DNA of 64,000 nucleotides from Bacteroidia bacterium (GTDB lineage Bacteria > Bacteroidota > Bacteroidia > M30B66): positions 148,473 to 212,472 of the forward strand of contig JAGYKL010000001.1 in assembly GCA_018401705.1 (NCBI GenBank), given 5' to 3'. This document shows, piece by piece, positions 1 through 10,670 of the stretch. The number at the start of each line of letters is the position of its first letter. Position 1 is the stretch's first letter. The notes under the pieces are model-generated. The model made no database searches. It was not told the DNA's origin and saw only the letters and a program-made list of their open reading frames with translations. Made by a program: the position numbers and the translations under genes.

Positions 1-174
1 ATTTTTCTTGGCCGAATCTGCTTTGCTTTCCCATGCAAACTTTCTCGATAAAAGCGAATCAGAAAGAGTTGGACTTTTCTTTTCTAAGACTTCTTTATTT
101 GAGGTATTGTTATCAGAAACATTGGATTGACAAGAAACAAACACCAAAAAAAACAAACAAGGCAATATTCTCAT
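1..174 (-). CDS. Partial lipoprotein (5' part), possibly peroxiredoxin-like AhpC/TSA family
   Basis: Manual translation from ATG 174: MRILPCLFFLVFVSCQSNVSDNN..., with a lipobox-like FVSC; runs off the window edge. Confidence 0.55.
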   Translation of the reverse strand, partial: MRILPCLFFLVFVSCQSNVSDNNTSNKEVLEKKSPTLSDSLLSRKFAWESKADSAKKN

Positions 175-225
175 AATTATAATTTATAATTTAAGGACTT
201 CCTAGATAGTAATTCCTTACACTGC

Positions 226-1317
226 CTATCTTAATAAAAATGCCTCAAACTCCTTGATTCTATCTTCCAGCTCAAACCTACTTATTACATCTAATTGAGC
301 ATTTTTGCCCATCTCAAGGCGCAATGAATCATTTTCAATTAGCTGTTGAATAGCTTTTGTAAATTCTTGAATATTATTTTCTTGAACCAAAATTCCCGTT
401 TCATTATTCTTCACAATTTCGGGATTACTAGATGTATCAAAAGCAATAACAGGCTTTGCATGATTCATTGCTTCAACTATAACATAACCAAATCCTTCCC
501 AAAAAGAGCTTAATAAAAAAACATCAATTGAAGCCATGAAAGAATTCATATCATTTACAAAACCAAGCAACTTAACATTTTCAGATAAATTCAGTTTGGC
601 TATTTTATCATGCAATTCTGATTCAAGTTCTCCGGATCCTGCAATTAAAAGAGTAAACTCCAGATTTAACTTTTGCAATTCCAAAGCCACATCTATTAGA
701 AAACTCTGGCCTTTTTGTGGAGTAAGCCTACCGGCATTGCCAAGGACAATCCCTTTTGCACTTTGTTTAAATTCTGCAATTTTTTCAACATCCACTTCAC
801 TTCTTAAAGATGTGTTAATTCCATGATAGATTACTTTGGATTTAAATTCTCCTTGAATATTCTGAAAAATTAGCTTCTCTGTTTCTTTAGAGTTTGGAAC
901 AAAATGCGTTATATAATTCTTTAAAATAAAAGAATTAATAAAACTAGCCTTGATTGGAACAGCCAACCCACGTAAATAAACAATTGATTTCACTGAAGCT
1001 CTGTGCGCTGCAATCGAAGCGATTTTCATATCCTGCGAGGAAGAAAAAACAACAGTATCAATTCCATTTTCTCGAAACAATTTACTTACCGAAGCTATTT
1101 TAAGTGGATTAAGAAATGATAATTTATGAATTTCAACATGAACAATCTCCAGCTTTTCTTGCTTCGCTTTTATAGCTAGGGGGGAGTTTTCGTTGGCAAT
1201 AAGCAACACTTTATAACCTAGCTTTCTAAACTCCAAGGCATATTCAAGATGAAGTTTTTCTCCTCCACCCCAAAAATTTAAACTGTTGAAAAATCCAATT
1301 ATTTTCAAATCGAGCAA
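226..1317 (-). CDS. Glycosyltransferase family 4 (GT-B)
   Basis: N-terminal WGGGE, GRLxxQKG and EGFGYVIVEAM motifs. Confidence 0.9.
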   Translation of the reverse strand: MLDLKIIGFFNSLNFWGGGEKLHLEYALEFRKLGYKVLLIANENSPLAIKAKQEKLEIVHVEIHKLSFLNPLKIASVSKLFRENGIDTVVFSSSQDMKIASIAAHRASVKSIVYLRGLAVPIKASFINSFILKNYITHFVPNSKETEKLIFQNIQGEFKSKVIYHGINTSLRSEVDVEKIAEFKQSAKGIVLGNAGRLTPQKGQSFLIDVALELQKLNLEFTLLIAGSGELESELHDKIAKLNLSENVKLLGFVNDMNSFMASIDVFLLSSFWEGFGYVIVEAMNHAKPVIAFDTSSNPEIVKNNETGILVQENNIQEFTKAIQQLIENDSLRLEMGKNAQLDVISRFELEDRIKEFEAFLLR

Positions 1318-1328
1318 GTCTATCTCTG

Positions 1329-1676
1329 TTAACTATTCAGCAATTCGGATAAATCATCTTCTACAAGATTATATTTTCGTAATCTTTTGTTAAATAGATA
1401 TTGATTTAACCACCACATCATTAATCCATACCCAAAAACACCAAAAAACAACCACAACATAAATACTTTAATGGACTGCTTACTAAAATAAACTTCTTGA
1501 AATGGGTTTTCATTTAATTCAAATAATCCAGTAAATACAAATAGTAAAATACCGTAAATAACTCCATTAGTGGCAGCAAATTTAATCATGCCCATCTTTC
1601 TGTTATCTAGCCAGTTCTTCATGAACCGCAAATCTGATTTGCTAATTTTTTCCGGCATTTTTATAGTTCTCCTCAT
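1329..1676 (-). CDS. Hypothetical membrane protein (2 TM)
   Basis: ORF with two hydrophobic segments; the true start is probably MPEKISK. Confidence 0.6.
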   Translation of the reverse strand: MRRTIKMPEKISKSDLRFMKNWLDNRKMGMIKFAATNGVIYGILLFVFTGLFELNENPFQEVYFSKQSIKVFMLWLFFGVFGYGLMMWWLNQYLFNKRLRKYNLVEDDLSELLNS

Positions 1677-2109
1677 ATGTGCTTATCCATTGCTGAGGAG
1701 TTATCTTGGCAACTAATTCTCCTATCAATAAATAAGGGATATCATCAAGTTTCTTAAATCTAATGCAACTTTTCCCCATGTCGAGCTTAGATTTTGCATG
1801 CTTAGGGTAATTAGCAACGAACCAGTCGTGTAATTCCTGATTAGCATAAATACCCATATGGTACAGAGCAATAAAATTCTTTTGCGAAGCTAGGTTCATT
1901 AAAGGTAGCGGCAGCTTAGGATTGCAGTGGTAACCTGCAGGGTAAATTGCATGAGGAACAACATAACCTATCATGCCATAACTGATTTCTTCCTTGAAAC
2001 CTTCAGGTAAATTATCGAGGATTGTCTTTCTTAATTTCAACATTGCTTCTTGCCTATCCTCAGGTAGGCTTTCAATGTAACTATCAGGAGATAAAGCTTC
2101 GCTTTTCAT
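1642..2109 (-). CDS. DUF1801 (YdhG-like) protein
   Basis: YGMIGYVVPH..YPAGYHC and LDMGKSCIRFKK motifs; start moved to MKSEALS (2109). Confidence 0.85.
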   Translation of the reverse strand: MKSEALSPDSYIESLPEDRQEAMLKLRKTILDNLPEGFKEEISYGMIGYVVPHAIYPAGYHCNPKLPLPLMNLASQKNFIALYHMGIYANQELHDWFVANYPKHAKSKLDMGKSCIRFKKLDDIPYLLIGELVAKITPQQWISTYEENYKNAGKN

Positions 2110-2119
2110 ATCTAATAAT

Positions 2120-3364
2120 TTATTTTGCTCGCATAGCTTCAACAGGGTCAAGTCTCGATGCAGAAAGAGCTGGAGCGATTCCTGCAATTAGACCAATTGC
2201 AGAAGAAATTAAAACGCCCAAACTAATATTTTTAAAACTAAGACTTATGTCCATGTCCAAACCAGCACTAAGCGCCAAGGTGAGGATGAAAATTATTAAT
2301 AAACCAATAATACCTCCGATGATGGCAAGCAACATAGATTCAAACAAGAATTGAAATAGGATGAAATAATTTTTTGCCCCTAATGCTTTTTGAATCCCTA
2401 TGATATTGGTTCTTTCTTTAACACTAACAAACATAATGTTGGCAATTCCAAAACCTCCAACCAAAATTGAAAATAGACCAATAACTCCACCAGCAACATT
2501 TACAACGCTAATAAGTGAAGCAAATCCATTTGATAATAATTTAGTTTCGTTCAATGCAAAATTATTTGCTTCACGAGGCTTTAACCTTCTTAATGCCCTC
2601 ATGATTCCAGTAAGTTCATCAATTAGTGCCTCGTTTGTAACACCATCAGCCGCTTTAACGGCTATATAAGGATTAAGACCTTCGTTTCTAATATCAACTA
2701 TTTGTCGAGCAAAATTCAAGGGCGCAATAGCAGCGTTATCAAGACCGAAATCGAGCAAATTTTGACCTTCTTTTTTAAAGACGCCAATAACATCAACCGG
2801 ATCTCCTTGAATAGAAATCGTTTTCCCAATAGGATTTTGCTTTCCGAATAAAGCCTCAGCGACTTCAGCCCCGATAACGATTTTATTACTTCCGCGATTT
2901 ATTTCTGCCAGAGAAAAATACCTTCCTTCTTGAAGTTCAAAGGATTTAATTTGATCATATTCATCGCTCACTGCACTTATTTGAACATTCTCAGCATTTG
3001 AGGATTGGTATTCTAATGTAACTTGAGTCTGAATTAAAAAGGAAGAAGCAACCAAGAGATTCGATTTTTTCCTCACCATATCAAGCTCAGACAGCTTGGT
3101 TACCGGTCTGTTCATATACTCCCACCACTGATAATCTGAAGAAAACTCCCAAGGCCATTTTTGAATATAAATAACGTTATCGCCAAGTGAGGAAATGCTT
3201 TTATCAATATTTTGACGAATGGAATCGACCATTGTAAAAACTGATATGATGGCAAATATTCCAATAGTTATACCCAACAAGGAAAGAAAAGTCCTCAGCT
3301 TGTTTGATACAAGAGAATCGACAGCAAATTTGAAACTTTCGGCAAACAACTTAAGGAATAACAT
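2120..3364 (-). CDS. ABC transporter permease, MacB/FtsX family
   Basis: RTFLSLLGITIGI, GGFGIANIMFVSVKERT..IGIQKALGA and C-terminal LDPVEAMR. Confidence 0.9.
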   Translation of the reverse strand: MLFLKLFAESFKFAVDSLVSNKLRTFLSLLGITIGIFAIISVFTMVDSIRQNIDKSISSLGDNVIYIQKWPWEFSSDYQWWEYMNRPVTKLSELDMVRKKSNLLVASSFLIQTQVTLEYQSSNAENVQISAVSDEYDQIKSFELQEGRYFSLAEINRGSNKIVIGAEVAEALFGKQNPIGKTISIQGDPVDVIGVFKKEGQNLLDFGLDNAAIAPLNFARQIVDIRNEGLNPYIAVKAADGVTNEALIDELTGIMRALRRLKPREANNFALNETKLLSNGFASLISVVNVAGGVIGLFSILVGGFGIANIMFVSVKERTNIIGIQKALGAKNYFILFQFLFESMLLAIIGGIIGLLIIFILTLALSAGLDMDISLSFKNISLGVLISSAIGLIAGIAPALSASRLDPVEAMRAK

Positions 3365-3608
3365 GGCTCAAAGATATGAAATAGTTATGCCGGCACTCTG
3401 TATTAGCCTGATAGAATAGCTAGAAATAAATTCAAATTTTGCGAGTTAAGAACCTGGAACAATCAAGAATGATATAAATTGCAAGAAGCTGTGTTAGAAA
3501 TATTCACAGATTGTTCAAAAAAACTTAACAATTGTATGATTATACACGAAATTGAAGCCTTTCAAGCAGTTTCTTTTGCTTAAGTTTGCCATTGTATTTA
3601 ATGCATCC

Positions 3609-5099
3609 ATGACGGGAGAAAAAACTATTCAAAGAGCTTTAATATCAGTTTACTACAAAGATGGGCTGGAAGAAATTGCGAAAGCTTTGCACGATCGTGA
3701 CATTGAAATTTTCTCGACGGGCGGAACTCGCAGCTTTATTGAGAATTTAGGAATACCAGTTATCGCGGTTGAAGATTTAACTTCCTACCCATCCATTTTA
3801 GGAGGACGAGTTAAAACTTTGCATCCGAAGGTTTTTGGAGGCATCTTAGGAAGAAGACAAGACGAAGGAGATTTGGCTCAGCTTGATCAATATGAAATTC
3901 CTGGTTTTGATTTAGTGATGGTTGATTTGTATCCTTTTGAAGAGACTTTAGCCTCTGGAGCTTCAGAAGCTGATATCATTGAAAAAATAGATATCGGAGG
4001 GGTAAGTTTAATTAGAGCTGCTGCCAAGAATTTTAGCGATGTTTTAGTTGTATCTGACCGTTCTCAATATCCAGCACTAGCTGAAGTTTTATCAAATCAA
4101 GAAGGAAGAACTACAGTTGAGCAAAGAAAATCATTCGCATCAGAAGCATTTAGAATTACTGCTGGATATGATCAGGCCATAAGAGATTGGTTTTCTGGCA
4201 ATCAAAAACCTTTGAGATATGGAGAAAATCCGCATCAAAAGGCTCACTTCGAAGGTGATTTAAACAAAGTATTTGATCAACTTCATGGCAAGGAATTATC
4301 ATACAACAACTTATTAGATGTTGACGCAGCCCTTTGTTTGATTGAGGATTTCCCTTCTGCAGGTTGTGCTATTATAAAGCATAACAATGCTTGTGGGGCT
4401 GCCTTAAATGCCAGCCAATTAGAGGCATGGAATAAAGCATTGGCTGGTGATCCAGTATCGGCTTTTGGAGGAATTTTCGTCTTTAATGAAGAACTTACAG
4501 CAGAAACTGCGGCCGAATGTGATAAGTTATTTTTTGAAGTTATTCTTGCTCCGGACTATTCTGAAGAGGCTTTAAGTATCTTAAAAAGCAAGAAGAATAG
4601 AATTATTCTTAAAACAAAAAACTTTAATAGACCTCAAAAGTTAAGACGATCGATTCTTAATGGTCAACTAGTACAAGATAGTGATTCAAAAACAGAAGGA
4701 GCTGCAGATTTCCAATTAGTAAGTGGTGAACAACCTGAGGAGAAGTTACTTAAGGATTTAGAATTTGCTGCAGTTTTAGTGAAGCATACAAAGTCGAATG
4801 CAATAGTTTTAGTGAAGAATTTACAGTTGCTAGCAAGCGGCACCGGACAAACTTCAAGAATTGATGCATTACGTCAAGCGGCCGATAAAGCCGAAAGGAT
4901 GAACTTAAGTGCTAAGGGAGCAGTTTTAGCTTCTGATGCATTCTTTCCTTTTGCAGACAGTATTGAAGCGTCTGCAGAAACAGGAATATCTGCAATTATT
5001 CAACCGGGAGGTTCTGTTCGTGACCAGGAGGTTATCGAAGCTGCCAAGCGACTGAATATTAATATGGTTTTTACAGGAACAAGACATTTTAAACATTAA
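3609..5099 (+). CDS. purH: Bifunctional AICAR transformylase/IMP cyclohydrolase
   Basis: RALISV, GGRVKTLHP, IDIGG, LRYGENPHQ, ASDAFFPF, RHFKH; ATG 3609 preferred. Confidence 0.97.
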   Translation: MTGEKTIQRALISVYYKDGLEEIAKALHDRDIEIFSTGGTRSFIENLGIPVIAVEDLTSYPSILGGRVKTLHPKVFGGILGRRQDEGDLAQLDQYEIPGFDLVMVDLYPFEETLASGASEADIIEKIDIGGVSLIRAAAKNFSDVLVVSDRSQYPALAEVLSNQEGRTTVEQRKSFASEAFRITAGYDQAIRDWFSGNQKPLRYGENPHQKAHFEGDLNKVFDQLHGKELSYNNLLDVDAALCLIEDFPSAGCAIIKHNNACGAALNASQLEAWNKALAGDPVSAFGGIFVFNEELTAETAAECDKLFFEVILAPDYSEEALSILKSKKNRIILKTKNFNRPQKLRRSILNGQLVQDSDSKTEGAADFQLVSGEQPEEKLLKDLEFAAVLVKHTKSNAIVLVKNLQLLASGTGQTSRIDALRQAADKAERMNLSAKGAVLASDAFFPFADSIEASAETGISAIIQPGGSVRDQEVIEAAKRLNINMVFTGTRHFKH

Positions 5100-5120
5100 A
5101 AACACCTATTGAAATAACGC

Positions 5121-6143
5121 ATGGGGATGTTCAACTTTTTTACCCAAGAAATAGCGATCGACCTTGGAACAGCCAATACGATCATTATACACAACGATAA
5201 AGTTGTGGTAGACGAACCATCGATTGTTGCCATTGAGCGTTCAAGCGGAAAAGTAATTGCCGTTGGGAAGTCAGCTCAGCAAATGCATGGTAAGACTCAC
5301 GAGAATATAAAAACTATTCGTCCTCTTAAAGACGGAGTAATTGCCGATTTCAATGCTGCTGAGCATATGATTCGTGGCATGATTAAAATGATAAATCCAG
5401 GAAGGAAAATATTCTCTCCTTCATTAGTGATGGTTATTTGCATCCCTTCAGGCATTACAGAAGTTGAAAAGAGAGCCGTTCGCGACTCTGCAGAGCACGC
5501 TGGAGCCAAAGAAGTTTATCTTATTCATGAGCCGATGGCAGCTGCAATCGGTATTGGGATAGATGTGGAAGAGCCTATGGGTAATATGATTATTGATATT
5601 GGAGGTGGAACTTCTGAAATTGCTGTAATTGCATTGGGAGGAATCGTTTGTGATAAGAGTATTCGTGTTGCCGGAGATGATTTCACTGCCGATATTGAAG
5701 ATTACATGCGCAGACAGCATAACATTCATATTGGTGAGCGTACTGCTGAGAAAATAAAGATTGAAGTTGGAGCTGCTCTAACTGAGATTGACAATCCTCC
5801 ACCTGATTATGCAGTTCATGGAAGAGATATGATGACTGGTATTCCTAAGGAAATCATGGTTTCTTATCAGGAAATAGCCCATTGTTTGGATAAATCTATT
5901 GCGAAGATTGAAACAGCTATTTTAAATGCTTTAGAAATGACGCCTCCTGAATTGTCGGCGGATATCTACAGAACAGGTATATACTTAGCTGGAGGTGGAT
6001 CAATGTTAAGAGGTTTGGATAAACGTATTTCAGCAAGAACTAAACTACCTGTTTATATTGCAGAAGATCCTCTTAGAGCTGTTGCGAGAGGTACTGGAAT
6101 TGCCTTGAAGAATCGTGATAAATTTAAGTTCCTGATCCGGTAG
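5121..6143 (+). CDS. mreB: Rod shape-determining actin homolog MreB
   Basis: IDLGTANT, IRPLKDGVIADF, DIGGGT, GGGSML. Confidence 0.98.
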   Translation: MGMFNFFTQEIAIDLGTANTIIIHNDKVVVDEPSIVAIERSSGKVIAVGKSAQQMHGKTHENIKTIRPLKDGVIADFNAAEHMIRGMIKMINPGRKIFSPSLVMVICIPSGITEVEKRAVRDSAEHAGAKEVYLIHEPMAAAIGIGIDVEEPMGNMIIDIGGGTSEIAVIALGGIVCDKSIRVAGDDFTADIEDYMRRQHNIHIGERTAEKIKIEVGAALTEIDNPPPDYAVHGRDMMTGIPKEIMVSYQEIAHCLDKSIAKIETAILNALEMTPPELSADIYRTGIYLAGGGSMLRGLDKRISARTKLPVYIAEDPLRAVARGTGIALKNRDKFKFLIR

Positions 6144-6176
6144 TTAAATCTGGAATTGTAAAAAACAATTACGCAT

Positions 6177-7013
6177 ATGCGGAATTTTTTCCTACTCATC
6201 AGAAGGTATAATTTCATATTGATATTTCTTCTGTTGCAGGGTTTTTCATTTTTTCTTCTCACGAGGAATAACGGATATCAGAGAGCTGCGATAATTGGAA
6301 CATCAAATAATATTACAGGACAAATATTTGATGCATATAGCAATGTTACAGATTATTTAACGCTCGGTATTGCAAATGCTACGCTGGCCAAAGAGAATGC
6401 AATGCTAAGACAGCAAGACTCAAGCGCCTTATACTCGAAACTCTTCGAAATTGTAAAAGTTGAAGACAGCGCTTCTTTGCAGCAGTATGAATACATTTCT
6501 GCTCGAGTCATAAACAACAGCGTTAAAAATGTAAATAATTACCTTACTCTAGACAAAGGAAGCTTGCATGGTGTTTTGCCCGAAATGGCTGTAATTAGCT
6601 CTGATGGGGTTGTTGGTATTGTAAAGGATGTATCTGAACATTATAGTACGGTAATTTCATTATTACACAGAGCCACTAAAATCTCATCTAAAATTGCCAA
6701 GAATAATTATTTCGGCTCTACGATTTGGGATGGAAAATCGCCTGAATTCGCTAAACTTTACGATATACCTAGTCATGCCAAATTAGAGATAGGAGACTCA
6801 ATCCTCACAAGCACTTATTCGGGAATATTCCCCAGAGATATTCTTGTAGGAACAGTGAGTGAAATTGGCAATAATGGTCAAAGCTTTAAAGATATTCAAA
6901 TAAAATTGAGTACCGATTTCAGAACAATATCCTACGTTTACGTAGTAAGAAATCTATTGAAAGCCGAGAGAGATTCACTGGAAACACGAACTATTGAAGA
7001 TATTCAAGAATGA
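6177..7013 (+). CDS. mreC: Rod shape-determining protein MreC
   Basis: N-terminal TM, coiled coil, TLDKGS..GV..MAVI..GVVG; operon position. Confidence 0.93.
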   Translation: MRNFFLLIRRYNFILIFLLLQGFSFFLLTRNNGYQRAAIIGTSNNITGQIFDAYSNVTDYLTLGIANATLAKENAMLRQQDSSALYSKLFEIVKVEDSASLQQYEYISARVINNSVKNVNNYLTLDKGSLHGVLPEMAVISSDGVVGIVKDVSEHYSTVISLLHRATKISSKIAKNNYFGSTIWDGKSPEFAKLYDIPSHAKLEIGDSILTSTYSGIFPRDILVGTVSEIGNNGQSFKDIQIKLSTDFRTISYVYVVRNLLKAERDSLETRTIEDIQE

Positions 7014-7531
7014 TAGGCACTATTCTACAAAACCTATTACGATTTTTATTGCTTGTTTTCATTCAGGTGTTTATCCTTAACCAGATTACCCTGCCGGGGA
7101 ATGTGAATGCATATATAAATCCCAATATTTACATTCTTTTTCTCTTCATGTTGCCAATAAATATTAATAAGCAATTGCTATTGCTACTTAGTTTTATCTG
7201 TGGATTAACGATTGATGTTTTCAGTTCAACTGCAGGAATGCATGCTTCAGCTTGTCTTTTTATAGGATTAATGAGACCGGGCTTGGTGAACCTTATCATG
7301 CCAAGAGATGGTTATGAAAACACTGTAGAATTAACGTTACCAGGCCTTGGCTTTAGAACATTCTTCATATATACTTCTACTTTAGTGGTATTGCATCATT
7401 TTGTGCTTTACCTAATTGAAGCGTTTAATTTTCTGAATTTTGGAGATTTATTGCTGAGAGTTATAATTTCATCAATCGCTACGCTTTTTTTAATTACTTT
7501 AAGTCAGTTGCTCACTTTGCGTAAACGATAG
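7010..7531 (+). CDS. mreD: Rod shape-determining protein MreD
   Basis: Polytopic membrane protein, GLxIDxF..GMHASA, between mreC and mrdA. Confidence 0.88.
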   Translation: MIGTILQNLLRFLLLVFIQVFILNQITLPGNVNAYINPNIYILFLFMLPININKQLLLLLSFICGLTIDVFSSTAGMHASACLFIGLMRPGLVNLIMPRDGYENTVELTLPGLGFRTFFIYTSTLVVLHHFVLYLIEAFNFLNFGDLLLRVIISSIATLFLITLSQLLTLRKR

Positions 7532-7538
7532 CTTAGGC

Positions 7539-9371
7539 ATGAACGTTTTTTCTGACAGGAAATACATAATCAGCTTCATCTTTATAGGTCTGATTCTCAT
7601 ATTCCTAATAAGGCTTTTCTATATTCAGGTTGTTGACGATAAATACAAGTTAGCTGCCAATGATAACGCTTTGAGGCATAAAATTGAATATCCTGAGAGA
7701 GGAGTTATTTATGATCGAAATGGTAAGATTTTAGTCTATAACGAAGCAGCCTATGATCTTATGGTTATCCCCCGAAGGGTTAAAAACATTGATACTGCTG
7801 ACCTATGCAACCTTCTTGATATCACAAAAGATGAATTCATTGAGAAAATTGTTGAGCTTAAGAAGAAGAAATACAGTTCATTCAGACCTGAAATCTTTGA
7901 AAACGAGTTATCTTTAGAGACGTATGCTACTCTTCAGGAGAAGATGTACAAATTTCCGGGCTTCTTTGTTCAAGCAAGAACTTTACGCAAATACCCTCTA
8001 AGAACGGCTTCACACGCACTTGGCTATGTTGGCGAAGTTGATGATAAAATAATTGCTGATAACCCTTATTACCGTTCAGGTGATAATATCGGATTAAGCG
8101 GAGTTGAAAAAACTTACGAATCTCCACTTCGAGGACAACGAGGTGTTAAGATTGTAATGGTTGATGTATACAACCGGGAAAAGGGTAGTTTCGAAAATGG
8201 TCGGTACGACACAGCCTCTGTACTTGGAAAAAGCTTAGTTTCTTCATTAGATGCTGAACTTCAGCAGTATGGAGAGCGGTTAATGAATAATAAGATTGGA
8301 TCTATTGTAGCTATTGAACCTTCAAGTGGCGAAATTCTTAGCTTGGTTTCTGCTCCATCATACGACCCTAACTTATTGGTTGGGCGGGTAAAAAGCAAGA
8401 ATTACCGAAAGATGCTCGTGGATACATTAAAGCCTTTGTACAATCGGGCCACTATGGCAAAATACCCTCCTGGCTCTACATTTAAATTAGTTAATGGTCT
8501 CATTGGATTGCAGGAAGGAGTTATTAATGAAAACACCTTATTTAGCTGTTCGAGAGGTTTTCATTATGGCGGCTTAACGGTAGGTTGCCACCCGCATGCT
8601 TCGCCCGTAAACCTAAGATTTTCAATCACCACATCCTGTAATTCCTATTACTGCAATACGTTTAAAAACATTATTCAGAAATACTCCAAAACAGCTTTGG
8701 GCTTTTCAATTTGGAGAAACCATGTGCTAAGTTTTGGACTAGGCAATAAGTTCCCTGTTGATTTACCACAAGAATCGTCGGGAAATGTGCCAACAGTAAA
8801 GTATTATGACAAATACCACGGTGCTGGAAGATGGAGCCCTATTTCTGTTATTTCATTGGCAATTGGTCAGGGAGAAATGGGTGTAACGCCATTACAAATG
8901 GCAAATTACTGCGCTACAATTGCAAACAGAGGTTGGTTTTATTCTCCGCATATTATAAAATCTGTTGAGGGAGGCAAAATAGATTCCTTGTACACAACCA
9001 AACAAAAGACGACAATCGACAGAAAGTACTTCACCCCTATTGTTGAAGGGATGAGGAATGTGGTAGTTGCCGGAACCGGCCGTATTGCACAGCTAGATTC
9101 ACTTACCATTTGCGGAAAAACTGGAACTGCTCAAAACCCTCATGGAAAAGATCACTCAATTTTCATTGCCTTTGCGCCAATGGATAATCCTCAAATTGCA
9201 ATTGCGGTGTATGTAGAAAATGCTGGTTTTGGGGCTACTTGGGCAGCTCCAATTGCAAGCTTAATGATAGAAAAATACCTCAGGCGGGAAGTCAAAAGAC
9301 CTGAAATGGAGAAGCGCATTATTGATGCGAATCTTCTTCCTAAAAAAGAGGATTGGATTTCAAAAAAATAA
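7539..9371 (+). CDS. mrdA: Penicillin-binding protein 2
   Basis: RGVIYDRNG, YPPGSTFK (SxxK), SCN (SxN), KTGTAQ. Confidence 0.96.
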   Translation: MNVFSDRKYIISFIFIGLILIFLIRLFYIQVVDDKYKLAANDNALRHKIEYPERGVIYDRNGKILVYNEAAYDLMVIPRRVKNIDTADLCNLLDITKDEFIEKIVELKKKKYSSFRPEIFENELSLETYATLQEKMYKFPGFFVQARTLRKYPLRTASHALGYVGEVDDKIIADNPYYRSGDNIGLSGVEKTYESPLRGQRGVKIVMVDVYNREKGSFENGRYDTASVLGKSLVSSLDAELQQYGERLMNNKIGSIVAIEPSSGEILSLVSAPSYDPNLLVGRVKSKNYRKMLVDTLKPLYNRATMAKYPPGSTFKLVNGLIGLQEGVINENTLFSCSRGFHYGGLTVGCHPHASPVNLRFSITTSCNSYYCNTFKNIIQKYSKTALGFSIWRNHVLSFGLGNKFPVDLPQESSGNVPTVKYYDKYHGAGRWSPISVISLAIGQGEMGVTPLQMANYCATIANRGWFYSPHIIKSVEGGKIDSLYTTKQKTTIDRKYFTPIVEGMRNVVVAGTGRIAQLDSLTICGKTGTAQNPHGKDHSIFIAFAPMDNPQIAIAVYVENAGFGATWAAPIASLMIEKYLRREVKRPEMEKRIIDANLLPKKEDWISKK

Positions 9372-9376
9372 GCAGC

Positions 9377-10645
9377 ATGGCTAATAGAAATAAAGAAGAT
9401 GTACTTCAAAATATTGACTGGATGCTAGTTTTGCTTTACCTAGTTCTTGTAACTATGGGCTGGTTTAATATTTATGCTGCAGTTTATAATGAAGCATATA
9501 AAAGCATTTTCGACACAACTCAAAGTTATGGAATGCAGCTAGTATGGATTGTCACATCTCTGGCTATTGCATTTATGATACTAATTATAGATGGAGAATT
9601 CTTTCCATCGTTTGCTTATGTCTTATATGGAGGGTTTATTCTCCTCTTACTTTTCGTTATAGTTGCTGGTGTTGAAGTGAAAGGGTCGCGTTCATGGATT
9701 GGCGTGGGTTCGTTTAGAATTCAACCTGCTGAATTTGCGAAGTTTGCTACCAACCTAGCATTAGCAAAGTATTTAAGTAGTGTAAATATTAACTTCGAGA
9801 AACTAAGCACTAAGCTTAAAGCGGCTGCCATCTTTGCAGTTCCGGCCTTAATTATCATTTTGCAAAATGAAACAGGGTCAGCTTTGGTTTATGGTTCATT
9901 TATTTTGGTTTTATACCGTGAAGGCTTATCGGGAAACATCTTACTCATTGGTGTTGCCATGGTTGTTCTTTTTATTGCAGCATTACTGGTTGATGAGTGG
10001 ATACTTTTGCTGATACTAGCAATAATTGCTCTTGGTTCATTTTTATTTGTGCGCCTGAGGCGGAATAACATTATTGTGGTTTCGGCACTTCTTGTGGGTT
10101 CAATGGCTTTTGTACATTCTGTTGATTACACCTTTACGAATATTCTTGAACCCCATCAAAAAAAGAGAATTAACGTTCTATTGGGCAAAGAGATTGATCC
10201 AAAAGGGGCTGGATACAATGTTAATCAATCAATGATTGCGATTGGTTCGGGAGGACTAATTGGTAAAGGTTATCTAAACGGAACACAAACCAAATACAAT
10301 TATGTCCCTGAGCAGAGCACAGACTTTATATTTTGTACTGTTGGAGAAGAATGGGGTTTTGCAGGAAGTATTATAGTTTTGGGTTTATTCGTGGTGCTCT
10401 TGTTACGAATCATTTTTCTGGCCGAAAGGCAAAGAAGTAGTTTCTCCAGAATTTACGGGTATGGCCTTGCAAGCATCATTTTCATTCACGTAGCAATAAA
10501 TATAGGTATGACTATTGGACTTGCTCCTGTTGTTGGTATTCCTCTGCCTTTCTTTAGTTATGGAGGTTCTTCATTATGGTCATTTACTATACTAACATTC
10601 ATTTTTGTTAGGTTAGATGCGTACAGATTCCAAATTCTAAGATAG
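9377..10645 (+). CDS. rodA: SEDS peptidoglycan polymerase RodA
   Basis: IQPAEFAK, PEQSTDFIF, GIPLPFFSYGGSS. Confidence 0.96.
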   Translation: MANRNKEDVLQNIDWMLVLLYLVLVTMGWFNIYAAVYNEAYKSIFDTTQSYGMQLVWIVTSLAIAFMILIIDGEFFPSFAYVLYGGFILLLLFVIVAGVEVKGSRSWIGVGSFRIQPAEFAKFATNLALAKYLSSVNINFEKLSTKLKAAAIFAVPALIIILQNETGSALVYGSFILVLYREGLSGNILLIGVAMVVLFIAALLVDEWILLLILAIIALGSFLFVRLRRNNIIVVSALLVGSMAFVHSVDYTFTNILEPHQKKRINVLLGKEIDPKGAGYNVNQSMIAIGSGGLIGKGYLNGTQTKYNYVPEQSTDFIFCTVGEEWGFAGSIIVLGLFVVLLLRIIFLAERQRSSFSRIYGYGLASIIFIHVAINIGMTIGLAPVVGIPLPFFSYGGSSLWSFTILTFIFVRLDAYRFQILR

Positions 10646-10670
10646 CCGCCAAAGCCATTATCTTTGCAGC

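Noticed and set aside
3480-3550. oriC-type DnaA-box cluster upstream of purH
   Set aside because: Only degenerate matches (TATTCACA, TTATACACG) in a short divergent promoter region
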